NCBI GenBank assembly: GCA_034437315.1
Contig: DAOTUC010000154.1
Location: 1 to 48,275 of the forward strand
Length of the DNA: 48,275 nucleotides
Reading direction: 5' to 3'
Origin: Anaerolineae bacterium
GTDB taxonomy: Bacteria > Chloroflexota > Anaerolineae > B4-G1
Shown here piece by piece: positions 8,322-21,109 of the stretch. The position numbers and the translations under genes are program-made. The stretch's first letter is position 1. The number at the start of each line of letters is the position of its first letter. The notes under the pieces were generated by a model that was given only the letters and a program-made list of their open reading frames with translations, searched no databases and had not been told where the DNA came from.

Positions 8322-9005
8322 ATGGGACGAAAGAAGCAGACACGTGGAAAGTGCGCCTTCTGCGGGCGCGAGATGACACGGGGTGGATTGGTCCGGCATT
8401 TGAAAGCCTGCGATCAGCGGGCGGAGGCCATTGAGCAAGCCAATCAAAAGCCCGGCGAAGCGCGCCGGATCTACCATCTACAGGTGCAAGATGCGTGGGA
8501 GGGCGATTACTGGTTGCACCTGGAGATGAACGGCGACGCCACGTTGGAGGATCTGGACTATTACTTGCGCATAATCTGGTTAGAATGTTGCGGTCATCTG
8601 AGCCGATTCTCCATCGGGGGCTGGGGCAGCGATGAGATTCCGATGGGTATGAAGGCGGATCGGGTGTTCAGGCCGGGACTTGAATTGACGCACATCTACG
8701 ATTTCGGCACCTCTTCCGAGACGCTGGTCCGCGTCGTCGACGTCCGGGAGGGCCGGCCGCTCTCGTCGCATCCGATCTTCCTGATGGCGCGCAACAACCC
8801 GCCTGAGATCCTGTGCAAGGAGTGTGACGAACCGGCGGCGTGGTTGTGTATGGAATGCATATACGAGTATGACGAATCTGGGTTGCTGTGCGAAGCGCAC
8901 GCCAAGGACCACCCGCACGACGATTATGGGGGGCCGTTGCCTATTTGTAATTCTCCCCGCACCGGTATGTGCGGCTACGAAGGCCCCGCTGAGCCGCCAT
9001 ACTAA
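8322..9005 (+). CDS. Hypothetical protein with an MM3350/pRiA4b-ORF3-like core and Cys-rich (probable zinc) motifs at both ends.
   Basis: ATG at 8322 is preceded by gagaaagcgagg. IYHLQVQ...ATLEDLDYYLRIIWLECCGHLSRFSI...THIYDFGTSSETLVRVV matches the pattern of pRiA4b ORF-3-like domains. CAFCG...HLKAC lies at the N-terminus and CKECDEPAAWLCMEC...CEAH at the C-terminus. Confidence 0.5.
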   Translation: MGRKKQTRGKCAFCGREMTRGGLVRHLKACDQRAEAIEQANQKPGEARRIYHLQVQDAWEGDYWLHLEMNGDATLEDLDYYLRIIWLECCGHLSRFSIGGWGSDEIPMGMKADRVFRPGLELTHIYDFGTSSETLVRVVDVREGRPLSSHPIFLMARNNPPEILCKECDEPAAWLCMECIYEYDESGLLCEAHAKDHPHDDYGGPLPICNSPRTGMCGYEGPAEPPY

Positions 9006-9047
9006 CCTGCAACCTGAAACCTGTCATCTACAACCAGGAGAACAACT

Positions 9048-10214
9048 ATGACCTGTAACTTCGATTATATCATCGACCGTCGAAATACCGATAGCGCCAA
9101 GTGGGGTTGTTACGATCAGGCAGATTGTGATGTCGGGGATGTGCTGCCGCTGTGGGTGGCGGATATGGATTTCCGCTCGCCGGAACCGGTGATTCGCGCC
9201 CTGCAGGAGCGAGTGGCCCACGGGGTCTTCGGCTACGGCCTGCCGCCCGACGAGTTGCCGGCGGTGATTCAAGAGCGCCTGGCCCGCCTGTACGATTGGC
9301 GCGTTGAAATTGAGGATATCTATTTCGTTCCTGGCGTGGTGACCGGTTTCAACCAGGTCTGTCACGCCGTCGGCGCGCCCGGCGACGCGGTGCTGGTGGA
9401 ACCGCCGGTCTACTACCCGATGCTCTACGCGCCCGGCAACGCCGATCGGGTTTGCAACAGGGTCCCGTTGGCGGAGCGGGATGGATGGTACGAGCACGAT
9501 TTCGACGCTTTCGAGGCGGCCGCCGAATCCGCCTCCCTCTTCCTGCTCTGCAATCCCCACAATCCCGTGGGGCGGGTCTTCGAGCGAGACGAGTTGGAGC
9601 GCCTGGCCGAGATATGCCTGCGCCACGACGTGGTGATCTGCTCTGATGAGATTCATTGCGATCTGGTCTTTCCCGGACACCTACACATACCGATCGCGGC
9701 GCTGTCGCCGGAGATTGCCGCGCGGACGGTCACCCTCTTCGCCCCCAGCAAGACGTTCAACGTCGCCGGTCTTTCCTGCTCGGTGGGCGTGATCCAGAAT
9801 TCCGACTTGCGCGAGCGGGTCCAGCAAGCGGGCGCGGGCCTCGTCGCCCACATCAACGTGATGGGTTTCACGGCGGCCCTGGCCGCCTACCGGCATGGCG
9901 AGGATTGGCTGGGCGCGGCGCTCGGTTATCTGGAGGACAATTGTGATTATCTGCTCAATTACCTGGAGACGCACATACCGCAGATCAGATGCCGGAAGCC
10001 GGAGGGCACCTACCTGGCCTGGCTCGATTGCCGGGAGGCGGGGATTCCAGGCAATCCACACGAGTTTTTCCTCGAAAGGGCCGGGGTCGCGTTGAACGAC
10101 GGGGCCGACTTCGGCGAGGGGGGCGAGGGTTTCCTGCGGCTGAATTTCGGCTGCCCCAGGGCGACGCTGACCGAGGCGTTGGATCGGATGCGGACGGCTC
10201 TGGCGGACGTGTAA
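9048..10214 (+). CDS. patB: PLP-dependent cystathionine beta-lyase / C-S lyase of the MalY/PatB family (class I/II aminotransferase fold).
   Basis: FDYIIDRRNTDSAKWG...LPLWVADMDFRSPEPVIRALQERVAHGVFGY...LCNPHNPVGRVF...SPSKTFNVAGL...LRLNFGCPR. Confidence 0.9.
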   Translation: MTCNFDYIIDRRNTDSAKWGCYDQADCDVGDVLPLWVADMDFRSPEPVIRALQERVAHGVFGYGLPPDELPAVIQERLARLYDWRVEIEDIYFVPGVVTGFNQVCHAVGAPGDAVLVEPPVYYPMLYAPGNADRVCNRVPLAERDGWYEHDFDAFEAAAESASLFLLCNPHNPVGRVFERDELERLAEICLRHDVVICSDEIHCDLVFPGHLHIPIAALSPEIAARTVTLFAPSKTFNVAGLSCSVGVIQNSDLRERVQQAGAGLVAHINVMGFTAALAAYRHGEDWLGAALGYLEDNCDYLLNYLETHIPQIRCRKPEGTYLAWLDCREAGIPGNPHEFFLERAGVALNDGADFGEGGEGFLRLNFGCPRATLTEALDRMRTALADV

Positions 10215-10246
10215 AATCAGTACGTAAATAGGAGGTCAAAGCAAAG

Positions 10247-10891
10247 ATGGACAAAAATGAAGCAAGTGTGTGGCGCGTCGGCGTCGATGCGTCGCTTCAG
10301 GCGGTGTTTGAGGACCCGGCTTGTCCGGCGCCGTTGCGTCAGGCGCTCGTCGGGCCGCTCTCGTGGCAAGCCCGCAACGAGACGTCGGTGGGGAAGGTCC
10401 TGAAATCGACCCGCCTGGCGTCCGAATGGACGGCCGCCCTGTTAGCGTTGGGATCGACCATCGTCTTTGAAAATGGAGAGGAAAGCCCGTTGGAATCGCT
10501 GTTGCAGAAAGAGGCGGCGGGGGAGCCAGCCGAGTTGCGCGTTTCTTCGGATGGCAAGCGCTGGGGCGCAGCCCGGATGGCCCGCACGTTGGCCGACGAT
10601 CCAATCGTCGCCGCGGCGGCCGGCGTGGCGTTCCAGGGGAACGTCGTGACGGCGGCCCGCCTGGCGTTGGTGGGCGTCTGGTCGGAGACGGTGCGCCTGG
10701 CCCAGGCGGCCGAGCGATTGGTGGGCGGAACATTGGACGAGGCAAAGATCGATGCCGTGGCGCAGGCGGTGATGGAAGAGGTCGCGCCCGCGGCCGATTA
10801 CCTGGGCAGTGAGGGGTATCGTCGGGAGATGGCGGGCGTGATGTCCGGTCGCGCGTTGCGCGCTTGTCTGACGGAGGAGGCGGTGATATGA
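10247..10891 (+). CDS. Truncated and degenerate homologue of the FAD-binding (CoxM/XdhB-type medium) subunit of xanthine dehydrogenase-family enzymes.
   Basis: The C-terminus ADYLGSEGYRREMAGVMSGRALRACL matches the conserved end of CoxM-type subunits. LSWQARNETSVGKVL sits where the IRN.GT.GGN motif should be, and the GGN is lost. It is only 214 aa. The N-terminal AGG-type FAD subdomain is absent, and there is no room for it upstream because patB stops at 10214. SD aggagg is present. Its stop overlaps the next start as ATGA. Confidence 0.65.
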   Translation: MDKNEASVWRVGVDASLQAVFEDPACPAPLRQALVGPLSWQARNETSVGKVLKSTRLASEWTAALLALGSTIVFENGEESPLESLLQKEAAGEPAELRVSSDGKRWGAARMARTLADDPIVAAAAGVAFQGNVVTAARLALVGVWSETVRLAQAAERLVGGTLDEAKIDAVAQAVMEEVAPAADYLGSEGYRREMAGVMSGRALRACLTEEAVI

Positions 10892-13842
10892 AGGAGCGAG
10901 AAGAGATGCAAAAGATCACGTTGACCATCAATGGCGAGGAAAAGACCCTCGACGTAGAGCGCACCGATTCATTGCTGGATGTGTTGCGCCGCGCTTCCTA
11001 TTTCAGCGTCAAGTACGGCTGCGGGATGGGCGATTGCGGTTCCTGCACCGTGCTGCTGGATGGGGAACCGGTGTGCAGTTGCCAGGTGCGGGCGAGCGAA
11101 GTGGAAGGCCGCTCGGTGGAGACGGTCGAGGGGCTGGGTTCCCATATAGGCGAGTTGCACCCCATCCAGCAGGCCTTCATCGAGACCGGCGCGATTCAGT
11201 GCGGCTATTGCACCCCGGCCAACATCCTGGCGGCCAAGGCGCTCCTGGACCGCAATCCCGATCCGAGCGAGGCGGAGATCCGTGATGCGATCAGCGGCGT
11301 CTTGTGTCGTTGCACCGGTTACGTCAAAATCGTGCAGGCGATTCAGCGGGCGGCGGCCGTCTTGCGCGGCGAAGCGGTCGAGCCATTCACGCCGATTGAG
11401 GAGAGGTTGGGGCCGGATGAGTCGCCGGCCGACCTGCTGGGGCGATACTACCGCGTGTCCGACGACGGCTCCCCACTGCCGCCGTTGGTCATCTCTCCGC
11501 CCGATATGGCGTCGTTGAACGCGGTTGGTCAGCCGCAGGCCAAGGTGGATGGGGTCAAGCTGGCGACGGGACAACCGGTCTTCACTGACGATGTGAAATT
11601 ACCCGGCATGCTCTACGGCGCGTTGCTCACCAGCCCGCACGCCCACGCCCGCATCAAGAAAATCGACGCCAGCCGGGCGCGGGCGCTGGAAGGCGTCCAC
11701 GCGGTGCTGACCCATCAGGACGTGGCCCGCGTCAAATACGCCACCGGCGGGCAGAGCTATCCCCAGCCGCCGCCCTACGATCAGGTCAGCCTGGATGATA
11801 AGGTGCGCCACGTGGGCGACCGGGTAGCCATCGTCGCCGCCGAGTCGCCGGCGATCGCCCGGCGGGCGCTGCGGATGATTGATGTCGAGTACGAGGTGTT
11901 GCCCCACGTGCTCGATCCCGTCGAGGCGATGGCGGCGGGCGCGCCGGCGGTGCACGATGAACCGGACACCGAGGGAATCTATGATCCCAAGCGTAATATC
12001 GTCCACCACATCGAGGCCCAGGTGGGCGAGGCGGAGGCGGCCTGGGCGCGGGCCGATCACGTGTTCGAGGGGACGTACCGCACGGGCCAGCAGCAACAGG
12101 CCCACATTGAGCCTCACGTCTGCATCACCTACTGGGACGAGGACGGCCGGCTGGTGGTGCGCTCCAGCACCCAGGTGCCGTTCCACGTGCGGCGGATGCT
12201 GGCCCCGCTGGTGGGGCTGGCGGAGCGGGACATCCGCGTGATCAAGCCCCGCATCGGCGGCGGTTTCGGCAACAAGCAGGAGATGATCCTGGAGGATCTG
12301 TGCGCTCACCTGACCATCGCCACCGGTCGGCCGGTGCGGATGGAGTACACTCGTCTCCAGGAATTCACCAGCTCCCGCAGTCGCCATCCGCAGATCCAAC
12401 ATTTCAAGATAGGCGTCGCCGAACCGGTGGGCCAGGATCCGGCGGAAGTGGTCGCCATTGAGTTGGATCTGATCGGCGACACCGGCGCTTACGGTACCCA
12501 CGGCCTGACGGTGCAGATGGTGGGCGGGCAGAAGAGCTTGACGCTCTACAATGCGCCTTACTCCCGCTTTACGTGCGACGTCGTCTACACCAACAAGCCC
12601 ACGCCGGGCGCTTTCCGGGGCTACGGCGCGATGCAATGCTTCTTCGGTCTGGAATCGTTGATGAGCGAGATCGCCGAGCAGATGGGCTGGGACGTGGTCG
12701 CCTTTAAGCGCCGGAACTGGATCAAGGAGGGGGACGTGCTGTTGCTCTCCAAGGCGCTGGGCGAGGGGCGTGAGGGTTTTGAGCAGGTGATCCATTCCAG
12801 CGGCCTGGAGGATTGTGTGCGGGTGGGCCTGGAAGCGGTCGATTGGTCGGAAAAGCGGGGCAACGAGGCCTGGCGGAAGACGGATCGCGCGTACCTGCGC
12901 CGGGGCATCGGGATGTCTGTGATGCTCCACGGCAGCGGTATCGCCGGGCTGGATATGGGCAGCGCGACGATCAAGATGAACGACGATGGGTCCTTCAACC
13001 TTCTGGTCGGGGCGACGGACATCGGCACCGGATCCGACACGATCCTGGCCCAGATCGCGGCCGAGGCGCTGGGTTGCCCGGTCGAGGATTTGATCGTCTA
13101 TTCCTCCGACACCGATTTCACGCCTTTCGACAAGGGCGCTTACGCCTCCAGCACGACTTACATCAGCGGCGGGGCGGTGCGCAAGGCGGCGTTTAAAGTG
13201 GCCGGGCAGATCAAGGCCCACGCAGCCGCGATGTTGGGAGAAGAGGAGGTCGATCTGGACGCGCTGGCCCTGCGCGATCGGGCGGTTTGCTTCCCCGACG
13301 GGCGCCAGGTGACGTTGAAGGCGGTCGCGCTGAGCAGTTTGCACCAGCAGGATCAGCGCCAGATCATCGCCAGCGCCTCGCACATGAGTTACGACAGCCC
13401 GCCTCCCTTCGGCGCCCAGTTTATGGAACTGCTGGTGGATACCGAGACGGGCCAGGTGATTGTCGAGCGGGTGTTGATGGTGGTGGAACCGGGCCGGGTG
13501 GTCAATCCCATCACCGCCTCCGGGCAGGTCGAGGGGGCGTTGCAGCAGGTGCTGGGCTTCGCCCATTGCGAGGAGATGTGCTACGATGCGGACGGCCGGC
13601 TGGTCAATCCCCGCCTGGGTCCGTATCACATCTACAAAGCGAACGAAATGCCCCGCCTGGACGTCATATTCGTGCAGCGGGACGAGCCGACCGGCCCGTT
13701 TGGAGCCAAGTCGATCTCGGAGATTCCGATGGACGGCATCGCCCCGGCCATGGCGGACGCGATTCACGACGCGACAGGGGTTTGGGTGCGGGAGGTTCCT
13801 TTCACGCCGGAGCGGGTATGGCGGGCGTTACGCGGCGAATGA
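10888..13842 (+). CDS. Fused [2Fe-2S] plus molybdopterin-binding subunit of a xanthine dehydrogenase-family oxidoreductase (Mop-like aldehyde oxidoreductase architecture).
   Basis: ATG 10888 follows ggaggagg and overlaps the upstream stop. CGMGDCGSCTVLLDG..CSC and QCGYCTP...CRCTGY are the two FeS motifs. GGGFGNKQE, AFRGYGAMQ and GAKSISE are the molybdopterin-domain motifs. Confidence 0.9.
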   Translation: MKEREEMQKITLTINGEEKTLDVERTDSLLDVLRRASYFSVKYGCGMGDCGSCTVLLDGEPVCSCQVRASEVEGRSVETVEGLGSHIGELHPIQQAFIETGAIQCGYCTPANILAAKALLDRNPDPSEAEIRDAISGVLCRCTGYVKIVQAIQRAAAVLRGEAVEPFTPIEERLGPDESPADLLGRYYRVSDDGSPLPPLVISPPDMASLNAVGQPQAKVDGVKLATGQPVFTDDVKLPGMLYGALLTSPHAHARIKKIDASRARALEGVHAVLTHQDVARVKYATGGQSYPQPPPYDQVSLDDKVRHVGDRVAIVAAESPAIARRALRMIDVEYEVLPHVLDPVEAMAAGAPAVHDEPDTEGIYDPKRNIVHHIEAQVGEAEAAWARADHVFEGTYRTGQQQQAHIEPHVCITYWDEDGRLVVRSSTQVPFHVRRMLAPLVGLAERDIRVIKPRIGGGFGNKQEMILEDLCAHLTIATGRPVRMEYTRLQEFTSSRSRHPQIQHFKIGVAEPVGQDPAEVVAIELDLIGDTGAYGTHGLTVQMVGGQKSLTLYNAPYSRFTCDVVYTNKPTPGAFRGYGAMQCFFGLESLMSEIAEQMGWDVVAFKRRNWIKEGDVLLLSKALGEGREGFEQVIHSSGLEDCVRVGLEAVDWSEKRGNEAWRKTDRAYLRRGIGMSVMLHGSGIAGLDMGSATIKMNDDGSFNLLVGATDIGTGSDTILAQIAAEALGCPVEDLIVYSSDTDFTPFDKGAYASSTTYISGGAVRKAAFKVAGQIKAHAAAMLGEEEVDLDALALRDRAVCFPDGRQVTLKAVALSSLHQQDQRQIIASASHMSYDSPPPFGAQFMELLVDTETGQVIVERVLMVVEPGRVVNPITASGQVEGALQQVLGFAHCEEMCYDADGRLVNPRLGPYHIYKANEMPRLDVIFVQRDEPTGPFGAKSISEIPMDGIAPAMADAIHDATGVWVREVPFTPERVWRALRGE

Positions 13843-13848
13843 GGCTAG

Positions 13849-16032
<2,184 letters not shown>

Positions 16033-16260
16033 ACGTTTGACTCAGGCGATTATACGTTAACTCAAGAAACCTCATCCCGAAACAGCTCTTTACCAAATTC
16101 TTGTATGATGGACAAGGGCGGCGAATGTCAGTATAGTGGGCTTGCCAGATTTGTCAATACCGAATATCCCAAATACCAACCCAGCCACCACTTTTCAAAA
16201 TCCAGGGAGTGGGGTATAGTGAGGGCCTCAGGGCAGGCAGGCAGTGATAGGAGGCGCGCG

Positions 16261-16818
16261 ATGCGAGTGATTACGGGGACGGCGAAGGGACGGCGGTTGA
16301 AATCGGTTCCTGGCGATCAGACACGCCCGGTGACCGATCGGGCGAAGACGGCGTTGTTTGACATCATCAGTTACGATATACGGGGCAGCCATTTCCTGGA
16401 TCTGTTCGCCGGGACCGGACAGGTGGGGATTGAGGCGTTGAGCCGTGGGGCGGCGTCGGCGGTGTTCGTGGAACGCCATCACGCTGCGTTGCGCACCATC
16501 CGCGAAAATCTGGCGCATACTCAGTTGGCGGAGAACGCCCACGTCATTCGCGCGGACGTCTTCGATTTTCTCGCGCCGAACGAGGAACCGGTGGGCGCTT
16601 TCGATTACGTCTACGTCGCGCCTCCCCAGTACCAGGGATTATGGCTCAAGACGCTGCGGGCGTTGGACGCCAGCCCCGCGTGGCTGGTCGACGATGGTTG
16701 GGCGATTGTGCAGATCAACCCCCGCGAGTATGAGGAGGCGGCGTTGACCCATTTGGCTTTGTTCGATCAGCGGACGTATGGCGGCGTGATGTTCTGCTTC
16801 TATTCCCGACTGCCCTAG
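16261..16818 (+). CDS. rsmD: 16S rRNA (guanine966-N2)-methyltransferase RsmD.
   Basis: ATG 16261 follows taggagg. MRVITGTAKGRRLKSVPGDQTRPVTDRAKTALFDII...FLDLFAGTGQVGIEALSRGA...VYVAPPQ. The track's 5' extension from 16105 has no support. Confidence 0.9.
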   Translation: MRVITGTAKGRRLKSVPGDQTRPVTDRAKTALFDIISYDIRGSHFLDLFAGTGQVGIEALSRGAASAVFVERHHAALRTIRENLAHTQLAENAHVIRADVFDFLAPNEEPVGAFDYVYVAPPQYQGLWLKTLRALDASPAWLVDDGWAIVQINPREYEEAALTHLALFDQRTYGGVMFCFYSRLP

Positions 16819-16853
16819 ATTTCGCAAGCCGCTAAAGCGGCGCGCCGTTCTAT

Positions 16854-17651
16854 CTACATACTTGAGCGCTTGGCCCACAATTGGCTCATCACCGTCTCCA
16901 GGCGGCGGGCCAGTAGATCGGGGGTGTTAGTCGTGACGTCATCCTCGTTCTCAAAAACGACGTAGGGCGTATTGATTGCAGCCGCATATGCGGCCGCATT
17001 TGCGGGCACAGAGACGACGTTGGGATCGTCGCTCGTGAGGCCGGACGTGAACTGCCGCCAATCATCGTCCCGGTACAGGCGGGTCAATTTCTCGTCCGGC
17101 AGGCCGTGTTCCAGAATGCTGTCGGGCCGCTCGGGATTGAAGCGCCGCCGATTTTTACGCAGCGATTCCTCGAATGACACATTCACGTAGACGACGGCGG
17201 CCCGTCGGAGGATGGCGTCGTCCAGGTGTTGGAAGGCCTCGCGGTACCCCCCGTGTTCACTGCCCCGCGAGAATTCGATGAGCGCGGTCGTGTGCGTGTG
17301 ATAGGCCGGGTCGTCGCGCAACCGCTTGCGATACGTCAGGCTGATGCGTTCGATTAACAGATGCCACAGGTAGCGATGCTTGAAATAACCGTCGGCGTCG
17401 GTGTGTAATCGGGGCTGGCCCAGGCGGTGTTCCAGGATGTCGTCTTCCTCGAACCAGGTCCACAGCATCGGGAAATCGTCGATCACGTCCAGGTGGTTGA
17501 CGTGATACCGGCGGCGGACGTCGCCGGGCGTCCGCCGTAAAAAGTTGATGATCTCGCTCTTGCCCGAAGCTGGCCGGCCGATCAGGATCAAGACATCGAA
17601 AGTCGATGGGTGCGCCATTGTCTCAGACGACGACGACGCGGGTGGCGTCAT
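16854..17651 (-). CDS. P-loop kinase-like ATP-binding protein of unknown function.
   Basis: VLILIGRPASGKSEII is the Walker A. Start chosen at the ATG preceded by aaggaggg. The track start is 17690, and ATG 17618 is another alternative. No confident family assignment. Confidence 0.55.
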   Translation of the reverse strand: MTPPASSSSETMAHPSTFDVLILIGRPASGKSEIINFLRRTPGDVRRRYHVNHLDVIDDFPMLWTWFEEDDILEHRLGQPRLHTDADGYFKHRYLWHLLIERISLTYRKRLRDDPAYHTHTTALIEFSRGSEHGGYREAFQHLDDAILRRAAVVYVNVSFEESLRKNRRRFNPERPDSILEHGLPDEKLTRLYRDDDWRQFTSGLTSDDPNVVSVPANAAAYAAAINTPYVVFENEDDVTTNTPDLLARRLETVMSQLWAKRSSM

Positions 17652-18636
17652 CCTCTGTCGCCCTCCTTTCATAATCCTCATAGGGCACAATCGGGTCGCT
17701 CCAACGGAAGATCCATTGCGCGGCGTCGTTGGTCACGTTGATGCAACCGTGGCTATGTGGGCGGACGAAATCGTTATGCCAATAGGTACCGTGGATAGCG
17801 ATGGCCGAGTGGGTGTAGTAGACTGGAAATGCTATGCCGGGCAGGTCGTAATAACCATCCCCGCTGCCGCCCGTCATCCGCCGGGTGTGGCGTTTGTAGA
17901 GCACGCGATACTCACCCCGGGGCGTGGTCCCGCCGGCCCCCGACGAGATGCGGGTGATGAACACCGGGGATGCTCCCTCGAAGCAGGTTAGATGTTGATT
18001 GCCGAGTTTGATCTCGATCCATTTGTCGGGCTGTCCGGGAGAGATGGGAGTCATTTCTTCCGGTGGGATGCGGCGCACCGACCACGCTGGGACGTAAGGG
18101 CCCGGCGCGTAAGTCACGCCATCCTGGAGCTGGTACCACCAGCTCCCCTCGTCGTCCTGAACGGCGGCGATGACGCGGTAGACGGTCCCATAATACAGTT
18201 TATATCGCACGTACTCGTTGTCAGGCCGCCACCGGGCTTCGGCGATGGGGACGCTCACCTGGCTCCAGAAACCGGGTTCGGCGACGTCTGAGATGACCTC
18301 GGATTGCGGCGCGTTGGCGACCGGCTGGACGTACCCGCTGTGGATGAAGCCCTCGTCGGTCTGGTACCAGATGGGATTGCCAGGCCAGGGCGGCTTGCCG
18401 GGGACGGTGGCGTAGAGTGGAATGATCTCGTCGCGCGTCTTCCAGGCGATCCATTCGGCGGTGGGGTTAGGTTCCTCACGAACCGCTTGTCGCCACCAGG
18501 TAGCGATACGGCCCAGAGGCTTCGGCGGTTCCAGCGTGGGTCGCGTGTGTTTCTCCTCGGGCCAATGGGGCAGCGCGGCCAGGGCCAGGGCGCTCCCTGA
18601 CCATTTCAAGAAGTCGCGGCGGGTAATGTTTTTCAT
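17623..18636 (-). CDS. L,D-transpeptidase (YkuD domain) with a twin-arginine signal peptide.
   Basis: MKNITRRDFLKWSGSALALAALP is the Tat motif. IHGTYWHNDFVRPHSHGCINV is the catalytic His/Cys motif. SD agagagg is present. Confidence 0.9.
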   Translation of the reverse strand: MKNITRRDFLKWSGSALALAALPHWPEEKHTRPTLEPPKPLGRIATWWRQAVREEPNPTAEWIAWKTRDEIIPLYATVPGKPPWPGNPIWYQTDEGFIHSGYVQPVANAPQSEVISDVAEPGFWSQVSVPIAEARWRPDNEYVRYKLYYGTVYRVIAAVQDDEGSWWYQLQDGVTYAPGPYVPAWSVRRIPPEEMTPISPGQPDKWIEIKLGNQHLTCFEGASPVFITRISSGAGGTTPRGEYRVLYKRHTRRMTGGSGDGYYDLPGIAFPVYYTHSAIAIHGTYWHNDFVRPHSHGCINVTNDAAQWIFRWSDPIVPYEDYERRATEDDATRVVVV

Positions 18637-18653
18637 ATAAACCTCTCTGCACT

Positions 18654-18695
18654 ATCGTCATTTGTGGTTCGTCAATCGTCATTCGTCCGTCGTTC
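18654..18695. repeat. Degenerate heptanucleotide tandem repeat in the 5' leader of the L,D-transpeptidase gene.
   Basis: Plus strand reads atcgtca tttgtgg ttcgtca atcgtca ttcgtcc gtcgttc. On the mRNA strand this is a tgacgaN period. Confidence 0.6.
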
Positions 18696-18699
18696 ATCA

Positions 18700-18727
18700 A
18701 TTATACGCTGAAGCGGTGTAACGTCAA
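18700..18727 (-). promoter_or_regulatory. Near-consensus promoter for the L,D-transpeptidase gene.
   Basis: The minus strand reads ttgacg, 16 nt, then tataat. Confidence 0.55.
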
Positions 18728-18778
18728 TCTCTCGTATCAGATTTTACGGCCCATTCCCATTTTTCCCGTCACATTTAT

Positions 18779-18807
18779 TTGACACGTTCATGGTCTTATG
18801 ATATAGT
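18779..18807 (+). promoter_or_regulatory. Near-consensus promoter for the roadblock/LC7 gene.
   Basis: ttgaca (18779-18784), 17 nt, then tatagt (18802-18807). Confidence 0.55.
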
Positions 18808-18894
18808 TGAGCTGCTGGAAAGGTGATTCGATTTTGCAATTCCGGTGGGCGGGGCGAGAGCGATACAATATAGCAATAACGACAAGGAGGATGG

Positions 18895-19266
18895 ATGGCA
18901 AAGTCACGCGGGGAGCTGATAGTAGAGCGGTTACGAGAGTTGCAGACCAGTTCGACCGACATTGAGGCCTCGGCCGTCGTCAGCGTCGATGGGTTGATTA
19001 TTGCCTCTGCGCTTCCCTCCAACGTGGAGGAAGATCGCGTCTCGGCGATGTCGGCGGCGATGATCTCCCTTGGAGAGCGGATCGCCAGCGAACTGGGGCG
19101 CGGGATATTGAACCAGGTCTACGTCAAGGGGCACGGCGGTTATGTGCTCTTGACGTCGGTGGGTGAGGAAGCCGTTCTGACGACTTTAGCCCGCGAAGAC
19201 GCCAAGTTGGGGCTCATTTTCCTGGATATGCGGCGGGCGGCCGAGGATTTGACAGCCCTTTTGTGA
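18895..19266 (+). CDS. Roadblock/LC7 (MglB-like) domain protein.
   Basis: IEASAVVSVDGLIIAS...RVSAMSAAMISLGERIASELGRG...VYVKGHGGYVLLTSVGEEAVLTTLA is the typical Robl_LC7 pattern. SD caaggagg is present. Confidence 0.85.
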   Translation: MAKSRGELIVERLRELQTSSTDIEASAVVSVDGLIIASALPSNVEEDRVSAMSAAMISLGERIASELGRGILNQVYVKGHGGYVLLTSVGEEAVLTTLAREDAKLGLIFLDMRRAAEDLTALL

Positions 19267-19352
19267 TCTTTCATCGCCGGGCTGTATGTATGGGATTCGA
19301 CCGACCATTGTGATTGTCTGTGGCGTGGATTGGTGGGTTTGCTTTGAATGGG

Positions 19353-19388
19353 GAGGGTTGCTCCAAGCGGCCCTCCTCACTACTTTTT
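19353..19388 (+). terminator. Candidate intrinsic terminator after the roadblock gene.
   Basis: gagggttgc pairs with gcggccctc as a 9-bp stem that includes 2 G-U pairs. The loop is tccaa. A ttttt run lies 8 nt downstream. Confidence 0.4.
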
Positions 19389-19474
19389 ACGGGTGTAACG
19401 ATTCCGATCTCGCCTGTTGAATGCGGATTCCAAACCCGCGGGCGCGTTTAGAGGTGAAAGTGTCAGGTAGATAG

Positions 19475-21085
<1,611 letters not shown>

Positions 21086-21109
21086 ACCGTAGGAGAGAGG
21101 GAACGACGT

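Noticed and set aside
9003-9023. Heptamer tandem aacctgc aacctga aacctgt between the MM3350-like gene and patB.
   Set aside because: There are only three units, too short to call more than a simple repeat. It is noted as the same style as the heptamers at 18654-18695.
11599-13767. 722-aa minus-strand ORF antisense to the molybdopterin oxidoreductase gene.
   Set aside because: It is Arg/Gly/Pro/His-rich and low-complexity, typical of antisense frames in high-GC DNA. The plus-strand frame has unmistakable XDH-family motifs.
16828-16841. gccgc-taaa-gcggc hairpin between convergent rsmD and the P-loop gene, as a possible terminator.
   Set aside because: It has only a 5-bp stem and no T-tract on either strand, which is insufficient support.
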